IMG/VR virus record: IMGVR_UViG_3300032315_001715
Span: 372,001 to 436,000 of that record
Direction: 5' to 3' (one strand)
DNA length: 64,000 nt
In this document: one piece after another, positions 10,381-19,895 of the stretch
How positions within the stretch are numbered: the first letter of the stretch is position 1
Layout of the letters: every line of letters starts with the position of its first letter
Made by a program: the position numbers and the translations under genes
The notes under the pieces: model-generated
Told to the model about the DNA's origin: nothing
Database searches by the model: none
What the model saw: the letters and a program-made list of their open reading frames with translations, nothing else

Positions 10381-10980
10381 TCAACCTTGATCAGGTGTGC
10401 TTTCGTGGTAGATCGTGCTGATGGTCCACCCGGTGCCGGAATCGGTGGGAGGCCTGCATGCCATCGGAACGCCGTGTGCGGTTCGGATGTTTGGTTCTAG
10501 ATGCATCGCTAGCCTAATTGCTCGAAACCAAGCACCGTGCCCGACTATCAAGGGCATGCCGTTGTGATCATCCCTGCTTGTTGCACGATTGACCGCGGCT
10601 ACGGCCCTAGCCAGCAGGGATGCAAATGGTTCGGCATTTAATGGAATATGTTCCCCGGCAATCCATTGGTTATACCAACCGCCGGCAGGCTTGCCTTCCT
10701 CGACGCCAAAGTCAACCTCTTGCAGGTCCAAATCAATGCTAACCGGAAGATTGAGGTTTTTACCAACCACTTCGGCCGTCGCCAATGCTCGGCCGATCGG
10801 GCTCGCAAAGATGCATGACACCCTGGCGGTCTTGAGAACCATGGCAGCATGCAAGGCCTGCATCTCACCTCGATCGGACATTGGAACCTCGGTTCGACCC
10901 TGGGCAAGACCCAGGACGTTCCATGAGGTTTCACCGTGCCTGAGAAAAATGAATGGTCTAGGATTTAGCTGCTGATGCAT
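10381..10980 (-). CDS. histidine phosphatase family protein
   Basis: LRHGET, ASPIGRALATA, VGHG. Confidence 0.92.
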   Translation of the reverse strand: MHQQLNPRPFIFLRHGETSWNVLGLAQGRTEVPMSDRGEMQALHAAMVLKTARVSCIFASPIGRALATAEVVGKNLNLPVSIDLDLQEVDFGVEEGKPAGGWYNQWIAGEHIPLNAEPFASLLARAVAAVNRATSRDDHNGMPLIVGHGAWFRAIRLAMHLEPNIRTAHGVPMACRPPTDSGTGWTISTIYHESTPDQG

Positions 10981-10999
10981 TTGATGTACCGATTAAAGG

Positions 11000-11047
11000 T
11001 GGTGCCCACGGCCGGACTCGAACCGGCACTCCATGGGAGTTTTAAAT
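11000..11047 (-). pseudogene. 3' fragment of a tRNA-Leu
   Basis: GCCGG-TTCGAGT-CCGGC T-arm plus CGTGGGCACCA; no 5' half. Confidence 0.7.
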
Positions 11048-11048
11048 T

Positions 11049-11125
11049 TGGTAGGGGCGGCGGGATTCGAACCCGCACTGTAGAGATTTTAAGTCTCCTG
11101 TCTCCTGCCTTTGGACTACGCCCCC
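11049..11125 (-). tRNA. tRNA-Leu(TAA), short variable loop
   Basis: loop CT-TAA-AA, CCA. Confidence 0.9.
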
Positions 11126-11252
11126 GAATGCTATATCATAGCATAGTGCAATTACCGATTGTTGTCAACGGTTGTTGAATAGCCTCCGATAGCGTTTACT
11201 ATGACTATTTGATTTTAAGACAAGTTATTTACCATTTGACATAAATAATCAT

Positions 11253-12043
11253 ATGAACTCAATTCCTAAAACCAAACACGCAGTTATACGAATATGCAAG
11301 TTAGTACTCAACACTGATGCTGACATAACAGAAACTGATGTGTTACATGTTAAACAGATATTTCGAGATTATCTCGAATCTGGCATGTCTCCCAGTGATA
11401 TTAAAAATCAGTACCTCATCGAACATTCAAATTTTGGTATGTTTCTAAAAACATGTTTAAATCTAAAATTGTTAAGCGTCAAGGACGCTATAAACAATTA
11501 CTATAAAAAGAAGGCCGGTCAACGACTGACGCTAAGACCATTTACTATAAACAGTGTTCGTTCTCATTCAATCCGTACTCGATCACGATTATACCCGGAT
11601 ATGAAAAGTTATTAAAACTGGGAATTTATCATGCTACTGATAATCCTGGAGGAGTATGTAGAGATCATATGATCTCAATTGCATATGGATGGAGAAATCA
11701 TATCGCACCGGAGATTATTTCTCATCCATGTAACTGTCAGTTTCTTACTAACTTAGAAAACATAGCGAAAAATGATCGATCGGTCTTAACAGTAGGTGAA
11801 CTCATATATCGTATAAAAAACAATATAATGTCTGCGTCTAGCACAGTTGCTAATCATTTGCCTAAGACACACGAACATAAAGCAAAGATTAGCTCTACTA
11901 ACAGTAGATACATGAGAATAACAAACGGTACACGAAACCTACGGATTCTTAAATCAGATCTCATACCCAACGGATACCGTCGAGGATTTACACGTTCTAA
12001 TAAACTGGTAGGGGTAGAGGGACTCGAACCCCCAATCCGTTAG
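11253..12043 (+). pseudogene. HNH-like endonuclease with NUMOD3-like tail, split by a -1 frameshift near 11510
   Basis: -1 frame is open from GRSTTDAK through RDHMISIAYGW...HPCNCQ...EN. Confidence 0.7.
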
Positions 12044-12090
12044 GAAGAGCATTTTGAGTGCTCCGCGTAGACCAGTTCCGCCATACCCCC
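12006..12090 (-). tRNA. tRNA-Leu(CAA)
   Basis: loop CT-CAA-AA, long variable arm, CCA. Confidence 0.92.
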
Positions 12091-12124
12091 ACATAATCAA
12101 TTCCACCACTGGGGCATTATATCT

Positions 12125-12209
12125 TGGTGCGGGCGAAAGGACTCGAACCTTCACACCTTGCGGTGCCAGAACCTAAATCTGGTGCGTCTACCGATTTCGC
12201 CACGCCCGC
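12125..12209 (-). tRNA. tRNA-Leu(TAG)
   Basis: loop TT-TAG-GT, long variable arm, CCA. Confidence 0.95.
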
Positions 12210-12235
12210 ACAACTCAGTATATTTATAAGGCCTT

Positions 12236-12595
12236 TTAAGTGTCTGTCAAGGCCTTTAACATGTTAACTCGGGTTGGATCCACCACGCTGGCAGCCCATA
12301 CCTTCATGGCCTTCATTTGGACATGATCCTCTGGATTGGGCCAGTTAGCAATGGTCGCCAGCATGTCCTCCATGCTGGCGACCTGATCACGCAGAACAGC
12401 AGCTTCTTTGGTGACGGCAGAGAGCATGTCACCTCGGCGATTGTACATCGCCACAAAGTTGTCAAACTGATCATCCGTGAAGGTTGTTCGTGGAACACCA
12501 AAGTTTTCCAGCGCCTGCTGGATATAGTCCAGCAGGCATTCGGCCATGTCCCGGTTGGTACCTTCAATCCATTCGTTAGACGGTTTGGTCATCAT
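12236..12595 (-). CDS. hypothetical protein
   Basis: 119 aa with SD AGGA. Confidence 0.7.
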   Translation of the reverse strand: MMTKPSNEWIEGTNRDMAECLLDYIQQALENFGVPRTTFTDDQFDNFVAMYNRRGDMLSAVTKEAAVLRDQVASMEDMLATIANWPNPEDHVQMKAMKVWAASVVDPTRVNMLKALTDT

Positions 12596-12695
12596 CGTTT
12601 CCTGTTTTGATGCACGGCCCCCTCTCCGCCTGCATCATGGATCTCCCGCTGAACCTACCCAGGTTAGGGCCATATGGAGATCTTCCTATGTTAAA

Positions 12696-12770
12696 TGGTG
12701 CACCGGGGGAATCCCGACATCCCAACCTTCCCGTTATGAGCGGGACGCTCCTCCTTTGAGCTACCAGTGC
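12696..12770 (-). tRNA. tRNA(CAT) Met/Ile2, atypical T-loop
   Basis: loop CT-CAT-AA, CCA. Confidence 0.8.
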
Positions 12771-12837
12771 ATTTAACTTAATTCGTCTTCCGTGTAAGCA
12801 ACGTACTGTATTAATAGAAGCATGTCAACGTTTACTT

Positions 12838-12914
12838 TGGTAGGGGATACCGGACTTGAACCGATAACCAACGCTTTATGAGAGCGCTGCTCTAACCAAT
12901 TGAGCTAATCCCCC
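12838..12914 (-). tRNA. tRNA(CAT), probably Ile2
   Basis: loop CT-CAT-AA, CCA. Confidence 0.88.
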
Positions 12915-13154
12915 TAACTAAGCATAGTTTAAACACCGTTCAACTTGGTGTCAATGACAATGTTTGGCTCTAAATTATTTAGTTGGAAGGGTTCTCACCA
13001 TCCGCGGGCCTCGCGCCCTCTGCTGGGACCCTCACCCAGTCCCCTCCGGAAACGGATCATCACCAAGGTCTTTCTGTTCCATGCAGAGCCTTGATTCCCC
13101 TCTGGCAAGGCACCAAGTCCTCACCAGCCGGTTTCGTTCGAAATCAAATCCGTG

Positions 13155-13544
13155 CTAGGCGTCGGGATATTTTTCCCGCAGCTTTTCCAACAGCTTGCGC
13201 TCGCTCTCAGCGGTCTTCATCAGCTTCTTTCGCAGGCGTTCCTCGGCCTGCACGCGGCGGGCGGCTTCTTCGCGATCTTCGCGATCCTTCTCTTCCTTGA
13301 GCCACTGCCGGATGCTGCCGATGCGCTTCTGCGCGGGTACCGCATCCTTTTCCAACAGGACAAGGCGAGTGTTGTCACCTCGAGCGGCTTCTTGGCTAAA
13401 TCTCCACCAGTTTTGCCTGAGAAGCTTGAGCTCCTCATCGGAGACCTGTTCCCAGTCGGTGACGCCTTCGCGCATGATGGAATTCGACACCTCGTCGTAA
13501 TCGGTATAACTGTCGTGAACAACAACGACACGCACTTCTTTCAT
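13155..13544 (-). CDS. hypothetical coiled-coil protein
   Basis: SD GGAGG; ERKLLEKLREKY C-terminus. Confidence 0.8.
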   Translation of the reverse strand: MKEVRVVVVHDSYTDYDEVSNSIMREGVTDWEQVSDEELKLLRQNWWRFSQEAARGDNTRLVLLEKDAVPAQKRIGSIRQWLKEEKDREDREEAARRVQAEERLRKKLMKTAESERKLLEKLREKYPDA

Positions 13545-13599
13545 GGAAAACCTCCTTGGATATAACACCGGTTTGATAAACCGGTTAAATTCTTTGAAA

Positions 13600-13808
13600 G
13601 GTTCCTGGTAGCAACCACGTGCGCCGTAGCTGACGTGTTAAGCCAAATTGCTTTGACTGATGTTACCTTGACCTGGCGTCCAGGCACGCCGCCCCGCGAC
13701 TATTGCGTCCTCACATCAGGAATGCCATCCTGTATGTGCGGCGCGGGCCCAGTGGTGGATCACACACCTGGCATGGTGTAGACTGATCCAGCAGAACTGG
13801 GGCACATA
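13600..13808 (-). ncRNA. candidate multi-stem structured RNA
   Basis: Nested pairings TGGATCA/TGATCCA, CACATACAGGA/TCCTGATGTG, CGCGCCGC/GCGGCGTG; no ORF. Confidence 0.5.
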
Positions 13809-13814
13809 CTCTAT

Positions 13815-13931
13815 TTACATGCAGAGGTCTTCGTAACGGGTGGTATAACGTCGGTGTTGGCTGACGTCGTATCCAGCGTTCTTGCGATTGGCTAGGATAC
13901 GATCCACCAAGATTTTAATGTAGTTGCTCAT
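13815..13931 (-). CDS. 38-aa small protein MSNYIKILVDRILANRKNAGYDVSQHRRYTTRYEDLCM
   Basis: ATG with AGGA upstream, TAA stop. Confidence 0.55.
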   Translation of the reverse strand: MSNYIKILVDRILANRKNAGYDVSQHRRYTTRYEDLCM

Positions 13932-13955
13932 GTTTGATCCTATCCAAAAAGAAAA

Positions 13956-14033
13956 TGGTCTCGGTGGCAAGATTCGAACTTGCGGTCTTCTGGTCCCAAA
14001 CCAGACGCGATAACCAGGCTTCGCTACACCGAG
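13956..14033 (-). tRNA. tRNA-Pro(TGG)
   Basis: loop TT-TGG-GA, CCA; 5' end overlaps HNH stop codon. Confidence 0.92.
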
Positions 14034-14602
14034 TTTTTGAACTTCTTCAAATATAATTCTATAGCCGATTGAACCATATGTCTATATCGACTATGGACAT
14101 ATTGATGATGTGTTGGGCACATCGGAATCAAGTTAGCTGGGTCATTGTTGTTATGATTGTGGTCATAGTGATGAACTGATACTATCTTGTCCTCACCGCA
14201 GATGATGCATGCCTTTTTGTGGTACTCAAAGCAGGTACTGCGATATTGGTCGTCACTCCAGTTGCCATTATTTTCGCCACGTCGAAAGTGTTTGTTTGCA
14301 CATGATCGACTACAAGTACCTTTTGATTTCTTGTAGTTTTTGACCGGATTATCGCATACCAAACACTTTACTGTATTAACCGGATTCAAATAGCATTCAA
14401 CTTCATGACTGCGTAAATTTGGAACACTAACTAATTTAGTGCAATACTGACAATTTTTCTTAGTTGCGTTGATACTCGCCCATCCTCCGGATCCTTTGTT
14501 GGACAGATGAGATCTTAACGCCTTTGCACTACAATAAATTTTACCATTATTTGGACTCGTAAATGTTCCATCAAGATTTTGATATTGTATAAGGTCTATC
14601 AT
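14024..14602 (-). CDS. HNH endonuclease
   Basis: CIICG...VHHYDHNHNNNDPANLIPMCPTHH, Zn fingers. Confidence 0.92.
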   Translation of the reverse strand: MIDLIQYQNLDGTFTSPNNGKIYCSAKALRSHLSNKGSGGWASINATKKNCQYCTKLVSVPNLRSHEVECYLNPVNTVKCLVCDNPVKNYKKSKGTCSRSCANKHFRRGENNGNWSDDQYRSTCFEYHKKACIICGEDKIVSVHHYDHNHNNNDPANLIPMCPTHHQYVHSRYRHMVQSAIELYLKKFKNSV

Positions 14603-14625
14603 AATGCTATTTATGCTCGGAGCGA

Positions 14626-14661
14626 CAAAGCAGGCGCACTACCAAGCTGTGCTACACCCCG
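14626..14661 (-). pseudogene. 5' half of tRNA-Pro broken in the anticodon
   Basis: CGGGGTGTAGCACAGCTTGGTAGTGCGCCTGCTTTG then unrelated sequence. Confidence 0.85.
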
Positions 14662-14712
14662 TTATTTAATACTACGGCCAGTTGATCGTTTTTGCAAGCA
14701 TATTTACTAACG

Positions 14713-15483
14713 TCAAGCCAATCTTTCCCACCAATCGTCGGAAAAGCCAGCAATTCTTCCGTGCCAGGACGGTCCCCAATGCATGAGATCCCTGGCCAGA
14801 AAGTTTCGCTTTTCACTGCGTCGCAGTGTTTCCATGGAATCGGCCATAGGTGCATACAGTTCAATTCCGTTATCCGTGCAAACGGCTCGCATGGCATCAA
14901 CCGTTCGGATGAATGAGATCCTAATTTCGTCGTCTTCGCTTAGGTGTCGATACAGTCCCAACTCCTCCCCGGTGGTCCACGGACCGAGCCGCCGTATCTT
15001 ACCAGCATCACCAAGCAATTCTCGCCGTCCGGAAAATGCTCCAATGGTATATGCTCGCCGGGGCCGTAGCAGTCCTGCCCAGGATTTCAACATGCGATAT
15101 TGGGTTTCAATGCCGGTGCCAGGCCATGCTAGATTGATGAACGCCCCGCCGATGCGTTGGTTTAGCTTCCATGCCCATGTATCCTCAACATTCAGGCCGA
15201 TTCCAAAGGTAATGCTGCAACCGAGATAGAAGTTCCCGGCACCAGGGGTTAGATCACTGAAATCCAGGGGAGTTCTAAATCCTCGATCATTTGATCGATA
15301 CCTGATGTTGGTCTTGGTCCACCCGCCGGCTATTAACCGTTCGCGGGTCGCCGTGTCGTTCCAGTGCCGATCAAACAGTTCTTCCGTGTCGGTAGCCGTC
15401 CACGGTTGTTCGTGATTAGCTGGCAATGGTCCATGGCCAAACCGATCCGGGTCGCGAGTTGGATCAAACCTAAGGAGATCCAT
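14713..15483 (-). CDS. SGNH-hydrolase-like phage protein
   Basis: GCSITFGIGL, NLAWPGTG, ARDLMHWG. Confidence 0.7.
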   Translation of the reverse strand: MDLLRFDPTRDPDRFGHGPLPANHEQPWTATDTEELFDRHWNDTATRERLIAGGWTKTNIRYRSNDRGFRTPLDFSDLTPGAGNFYLGCSITFGIGLNVEDTWAWKLNQRIGGAFINLAWPGTGIETQYRMLKSWAGLLRPRRAYTIGAFSGRRELLGDAGKIRRLGPWTTGEELGLYRHLSEDDEIRISFIRTVDAMRAVCTDNGIELYAPMADSMETLRRSEKRNFLARDLMHWGPSWHGRIAGFSDDWWERLA

Positions 15484-15486
15484 TCT

Positions 15487-16248
15487 TCATCCGTTGGCCA
15501 AGCCATTGCGGCGAAGCTCCTCGCGGCTGATCTGCCGCTGGCCGCTGCGATAACGCTCGCCTTCCTTGTCGTGACGCCGACCGGTAAACACATCGGTCCT
15601 CGATACCACCATGGATTTTTGGGTGACTTCGCCGGTGACCTTGTCGGTGTACCTTACCATCAGTGGAGGAGGGACATGATCCCATTTCACTTCGTACCAG
15701 ATGCCATCGACCTTACGGTACTCGGTACTGTCGCCGGCAACATGGATCTTAGCAGCCTCCTCGGCCTTCCTAGCGTCGGCTTCCCTGCGCTGGCGATGCT
15801 GCCAGGTTTCTCGATCCGCATTGAGGCAGAGGATACCGGTGCAGGGATCCACGTAAAACTCCATCCAAGAATCGCGCACCGGCTTCACCTGGCCCCAGCG
15901 ACCGGAGATCCATACTTCGCCATTGACCATGCTGGTTCGCACGCAGACGAAATCCTCAAGGTGATCTCGAACATGCTGTTGAACGGCGTTGGTCACGCTG
16001 AGGTGCTGGGAGATCTCGCTGTAGACATCGTCCCACAGCTGACCAACACGGCTGCGGATGAAGCGGCGCAGAGGCGCAAGATTTTCATTGAGCTCCTTGC
16101 CGCCGTAGTTGCGAACGTGTGGTGCTCGCATGCCTTCCTTGCTGACCATCAGGTCAGGATCAACCGTGCGACCCCGACGCTTGGTGGAATTGTCATATCC
16201 CGGGCGACGAGGTCGCTCGACGATCACCTTGCTCATGTCATGTCTCAT
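15487..16248 (-). CDS. conserved hypothetical basic protein (MSKVIVERPRR family)
   Basis: KELNENLAPLRRFIRSRVGQLWDDVYSEI. Confidence 0.8.
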   Translation of the reverse strand: MRHDMSKVIVERPRRPGYDNSTKRRGRTVDPDLMVSKEGMRAPHVRNYGGKELNENLAPLRRFIRSRVGQLWDDVYSEISQHLSVTNAVQQHVRDHLEDFVCVRTSMVNGEVWISGRWGQVKPVRDSWMEFYVDPCTGILCLNADRETWQHRQRREADARKAEEAAKIHVAGDSTEYRKVDGIWYEVKWDHVPPPLMVRYTDKVTGEVTQKSMVVSRTDVFTGRRHDKEGERYRSGQRQISREELRRNGLANG

Positions 16249-16279
16249 GCCATGTATGTAGCATTGATCGGCAAAACGG

Positions 16280-18355
16280 TCAACGATTTTTAACGTAGAT
16301 GGCATCAACCTCGTATTCGTGCCCGGTCTTTCGTGCTGATTCCATCTCAACAAATCCATATTGGGCAAGATATCGATCCATGTCCACCTTGAGGGTATGT
16401 CCGTGGTAATACGGTTTTAAAGCGGCCTCGGTTAGTATGACCTTGGCGGAATCCAGTATGTCGCTTGCGCCACGCAATATGTCCAGCTCAGCGCCCTGGG
16501 CGTCCATCCAGATCATGTCTGGTATGACGTTATGACGTGCGCACCAGGTGTTGAGGCTCACGGCGCCCACGGTAACCTCCCGCTGTATGCTTAGTTCGTG
16601 TCGAAACACGTTGGGATCAATCAAACGGAACTTGCTGGCCATTCCCGTGTTGTTACCAATTGATTTGGCGGTATCCACCGGGTAGAACTTGATGGCACCG
16701 TCAATGTCATTGAGGGCAAGGTTCTCGATGCTGATGCGTGAGCGCAGATCCTCATCCAGTGATGCAAAGTGCTCGAGGCAGTGCTGATAGTGCTCATCGG
16801 TTGGTTCAAACGCCCAAACCCGTGCGTTGGTAAAAACACGGGCTAGGTTCTTGCTTTCATATCCGTGTGCAGCACCAACGTCGATTATGTTTTTTACCTC
16901 GTTGAAATCAATGATATTTTCTAGGTGAGAAAGCCGTTCTGCCATCATATCCATGCTGAGACCGGTTGGGTTTCGCAGCAGTGCCGGGCCTCGATCGGGT
17001 GGTGAATGGCCCTGTGATATTTCCGGAATCCTAACCACCAGCATGATGTCGTCGTATCTGTTCTTGATGCCGCGTAGATCGACGATTTCGGCATATGGCT
17101 TGAGATGGAACGGTACCGCTGCTAGCAGCTGATCGGCCCAGTCTCGCCGGGCGATGTCCTCGATGACAAACAATCCACCGGGTCGCACCCTGGTTAGGAA
17201 ATGCTGCACGGCAAAAAGCTGGCTTTCCAGGGTGTGCGGACCGTCGTCGATGATGATGTCAGCTTGTGGAAAATGTGCCAGGCTTTCGAACATGTATGCA
17301 TTGCCGAGGCTGAGCTGTATCCGTCCCTGGTATTTGGCGCAGTTACGCTCACAGTCACCCCTAAGCTGTAGATCAACCCCGATGATGTGGGCCTGTGGCA
17401 AGGCCTCGGCCCACATCATGAGGCTACCGCCCTGATCAATGCCAATCTCGACAAGGGTCACCGGCTTGTCCCGGTAACGCCGGATCTCTCGTTCATAGAA
17501 ATGATCACAATAGGAGTGCAGGCTGTTCTTGTCGGTAACGAGCAAATGCCGTTCGATGATGTCGGCCAATCGGGTTTCAGAGGTCTCGCTTGCTAGAGCA
17601 GGAATGAATCTATTGGCGGTGTTTTCCATGTGGTTCCAGAACTTGCTTTGGTCGATGCGATGGTAGGGGTCATAACACCAATCCCGATGCGAGCTTGTTG
17701 GATTTCCGTACGGGGTTGGAAGATCGTGATCCTTTCCCCATTTTGCAGCAACGTAGCGCTCGTTCCTGGCCTGTGTTTCGCCATTGGCAGCACGGTAAGT
17801 GTCTGAACTGCGTATGGCCCAGCTACCATTATTAGCCTCACCGATGTCGCTGTTCAACGGCAATAGCTTAACGTTGCTCCTGCGCATGCGTATGATGTAA
17901 TCCAAATCCTCGCTGTAGATCGGCCAGATGTTCTCATCAAACAATCCAACCGTTGCGACCACCGCCGGTCCCATGGCAAAGCAGCTAAACGCACCGTTGG
18001 GTGCCGTGATGACCGAATCTTGGTTGGCTTGCCAGGATGCGTGTATCTTCATGAGATCTCCAGGAAGAAACAGGGTATCGTTGTTGGATATCAACCAATA
18101 CTGGCATTCAGGAAAGCTCTTGATGATGGAGTTCCATGCCGGTGCCACACCTGTGTTGCGAAACGGTCGCTCGACATATACCGAGTTGATCCATTGGTTC
18201 TTAACGGTGGTAATCTGTTCAACCGCTGCGACCACATCTGGATCGCCGCTGTTTTGAACTATGCATAGCTTGTCAACTGGATGGTCAATCGAGCTGACCA
18301 ATCTCAGCAAGAGGTCAGCTCGATTGAGCACCAGCACACCGAGGCATGGTATCAT
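16280..18355 (-). CDS. GT2 glycosyltransferase / class I methyltransferase / FkbM methyltransferase fusion
   Basis: SNND, GLFDENIWPIYSEDLDY; VEIGI, IIDDGPH; DVGAAHG, WMDAQGAE. Confidence 0.88.
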   Translation of the reverse strand: MIPCLGVLVLNRADLLLRLVSSIDHPVDKLCIVQNSGDPDVVAAVEQITTVKNQWINSVYVERPFRNTGVAPAWNSIIKSFPECQYWLISNNDTLFLPGDLMKIHASWQANQDSVITAPNGAFSCFAMGPAVVATVGLFDENIWPIYSEDLDYIIRMRRSNVKLLPLNSDIGEANNGSWAIRSSDTYRAANGETQARNERYVAAKWGKDHDLPTPYGNPTSSHRDWCYDPYHRIDQSKFWNHMENTANRFIPALASETSETRLADIIERHLLVTDKNSLHSYCDHFYEREIRRYRDKPVTLVEIGIDQGGSLMMWAEALPQAHIIGVDLQLRGDCERNCAKYQGRIQLSLGNAYMFESLAHFPQADIIIDDGPHTLESQLFAVQHFLTRVRPGGLFVIEDIARRDWADQLLAAVPFHLKPYAEIVDLRGIKNRYDDIMLVVRIPEISQGHSPPDRGPALLRNPTGLSMDMMAERLSHLENIIDFNEVKNIIDVGAAHGYESKNLARVFTNARVWAFEPTDEHYQHCLEHFASLDEDLRSRISIENLALNDIDGAIKFYPVDTAKSIGNNTGMASKFRLIDPNVFRHELSIQREVTVGAVSLNTWCARHNVIPDMIWMDAQGAELDILRGASDILDSAKVILTEAALKPYYHGHTLKVDMDRYLAQYGFVEMESARKTGHEYEVDAIYVKNR

Positions 18356-18891
18356 GATTGCGTCCTTTCTAACACAGTGAGGCCGTTGTCGTGGTAAAAT
18401 CTGTTTCGTATGGACCAGTTGGGATGCTTGGCAACAAACTCCTCAACCGCGGGCCAAAGGCCGGATCCACCATCCTCGCCGCGCTGTCTAAATGTTTCGG
18501 TATCATGCAGAACGATGTATCGCCTGACCCGATGATGATGCAGCATCATCTCAGCGGATAGCTGCGCATAGGTATGCAGACTATCAATGAAGAGCAGATC
18601 GGTTTCTTCCATGTCGTGTGCATCAAGACTGTTGGCTATGATGTATCGCACATCCCTGCCTTCGGATTCGGCGGCATAAAACAGTGATCGAGCTTGGTAT
18701 GTTGGTTCGATATCGTAGCCTCGAAAAACCGCACCGCTGTCTATGAATGCCGACGTGGATGAACCCCAGCGCACTCCGAACTCGGTGATGTGTGAGCAGG
18801 TTGCTGCCAGCTCTCGGAGAAACCCCAAATGGCCGCGTATGTCAGGCGACGTTTCAAGATGATGCAGATATATCTCTCTTACGGTTGCCAT
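18352..18891 (-). CDS. class I SAM methyltransferase (Methyltransf_24-like)
   Basis: TEFGVRWGSST, LFIDSLHTY, VLHDT. Confidence 0.85.
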   Translation of the reverse strand: MATVREIYLHHLETSPDIRGHLGFLRELAATCSHITEFGVRWGSSTSAFIDSGAVFRGYDIEPTYQARSLFYAAESEGRDVRYIIANSLDAHDMEETDLLFIDSLHTYAQLSAEMMLHHHRVRRYIVLHDTETFRQRGEDGGSGLWPAVEEFVAKHPNWSIRNRFYHDNGLTVLERTQS

Positions 18892-19892
18892 CAGAATAGC
18901 CTTTCGGTCCAGGTTCGTGGTATGAGATGATTCCGTATCTCAACATCAAAATGGTATTCAAAAGGTTTTGGCCCGCGAGAGCGTATGTTGTCGATCAACA
19001 GCTTTAGCCCGTCATCGAGGAACACTCGTGTTTCGTAGCCTAGAAGCCTGCGTGCTTTGTCAGCTGAGCAGGTTGCTAGCTTGACCTCAGCCGGTCTTCC
19101 AGGCATGTAAATGGGATCAAGATTCATGCCGGTGATGTTGGCCAAGCGTTGTGCAAGGTCATTGATGGTGACGAATTCCTCATCGGGTCCGATGTTAATG
19201 GTCTCGCCAACGACGTTGTCCTGCAGGGCCATGGCCTCGAGGCTGCCGATGCAATCGGTGATGTAGGAAAAGCAACGCTTTTGTTCTCCATCACCATAGA
19301 TGATGGGCTGCCGACCCTGCAACATGAGATTGGCCATGATGCTGACCACGTTGCGATATGGATCATCATATTTCTGCCTGGGACCGTATATGGAATGGGG
19401 AACGGCGATGACGTATTCAACTCCATGTGTATTACACAGGACCTTGAGAACCCGTTCGGCAGCCTCCTTGGCTATACCATAGGGATCCTGCGGAACGGGA
19501 CCGTAGCTTTCCAAAAACGGGGTCTGATTGGTACCATATCTTGCCATGCTTGAGCAGTAAACTATCCTCTTGGCACCTGCTTGTATCGCGGCGGTAAAAG
19601 TGTTGACTGACCCGGTGAAGATGTTCTCACAGATAAACGCAGGGGCAAACATGCTCACACCTTCATATGCGCATGCAGCAGCGTGTATGACCACGTCGCT
19701 ACCTTCCATGATATCCTTGTAACCATCAATAACGGTAACATCATGCTTGTAAAATTTAACACGTGGATCGACATTATCCAGGGTACCTCCAAATAGATTA
19801 TCGCATCCTGCTACATTAAACCCTCGAGCCAGGAATCTATCAGCAAGATGGCTCCCGAGAAATCCGGCTACGCCGGTTATAAAAATTTGCAT
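18891..19892 (-). CDS. NAD-dependent nucleotide-sugar epimerase/dehydratase
   Basis: ITGVAGFLGSHL, YGIAK, GDGEQKRCF. Confidence 0.95.
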   Translation of the reverse strand: MQIFITGVAGFLGSHLADRFLARGFNVAGCDNLFGGTLDNVDPRVKFYKHDVTVIDGYKDIMEGSDVVIHAAACAYEGVSMFAPAFICENIFTGSVNTFTAAIQAGAKRIVYCSSMARYGTNQTPFLESYGPVPQDPYGIAKEAAERVLKVLCNTHGVEYVIAVPHSIYGPRQKYDDPYRNVVSIMANLMLQGRQPIIYGDGEQKRCFSYITDCIGSLEAMALQDNVVGETINIGPDEEFVTINDLAQRLANITGMNLDPIYMPGRPAEVKLATCSADKARRLLGYETRVFLDDGLKLLIDNIRSRGPKPFEYHFDVEIRNHLIPRTWTERLF

Positions 19893-19895
19893 AAT

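Noticed and set aside
11000-11047. attP/att site from a tRNA 3' duplication
   Set aside because: No integrase in the window and no matching full copy; better explained as a displaced tRNA remnant.
12984-13150. GC-rich gap ending in CCA on the minus strand
   Set aside because: No convincing cloverleaf or ORF could be built.
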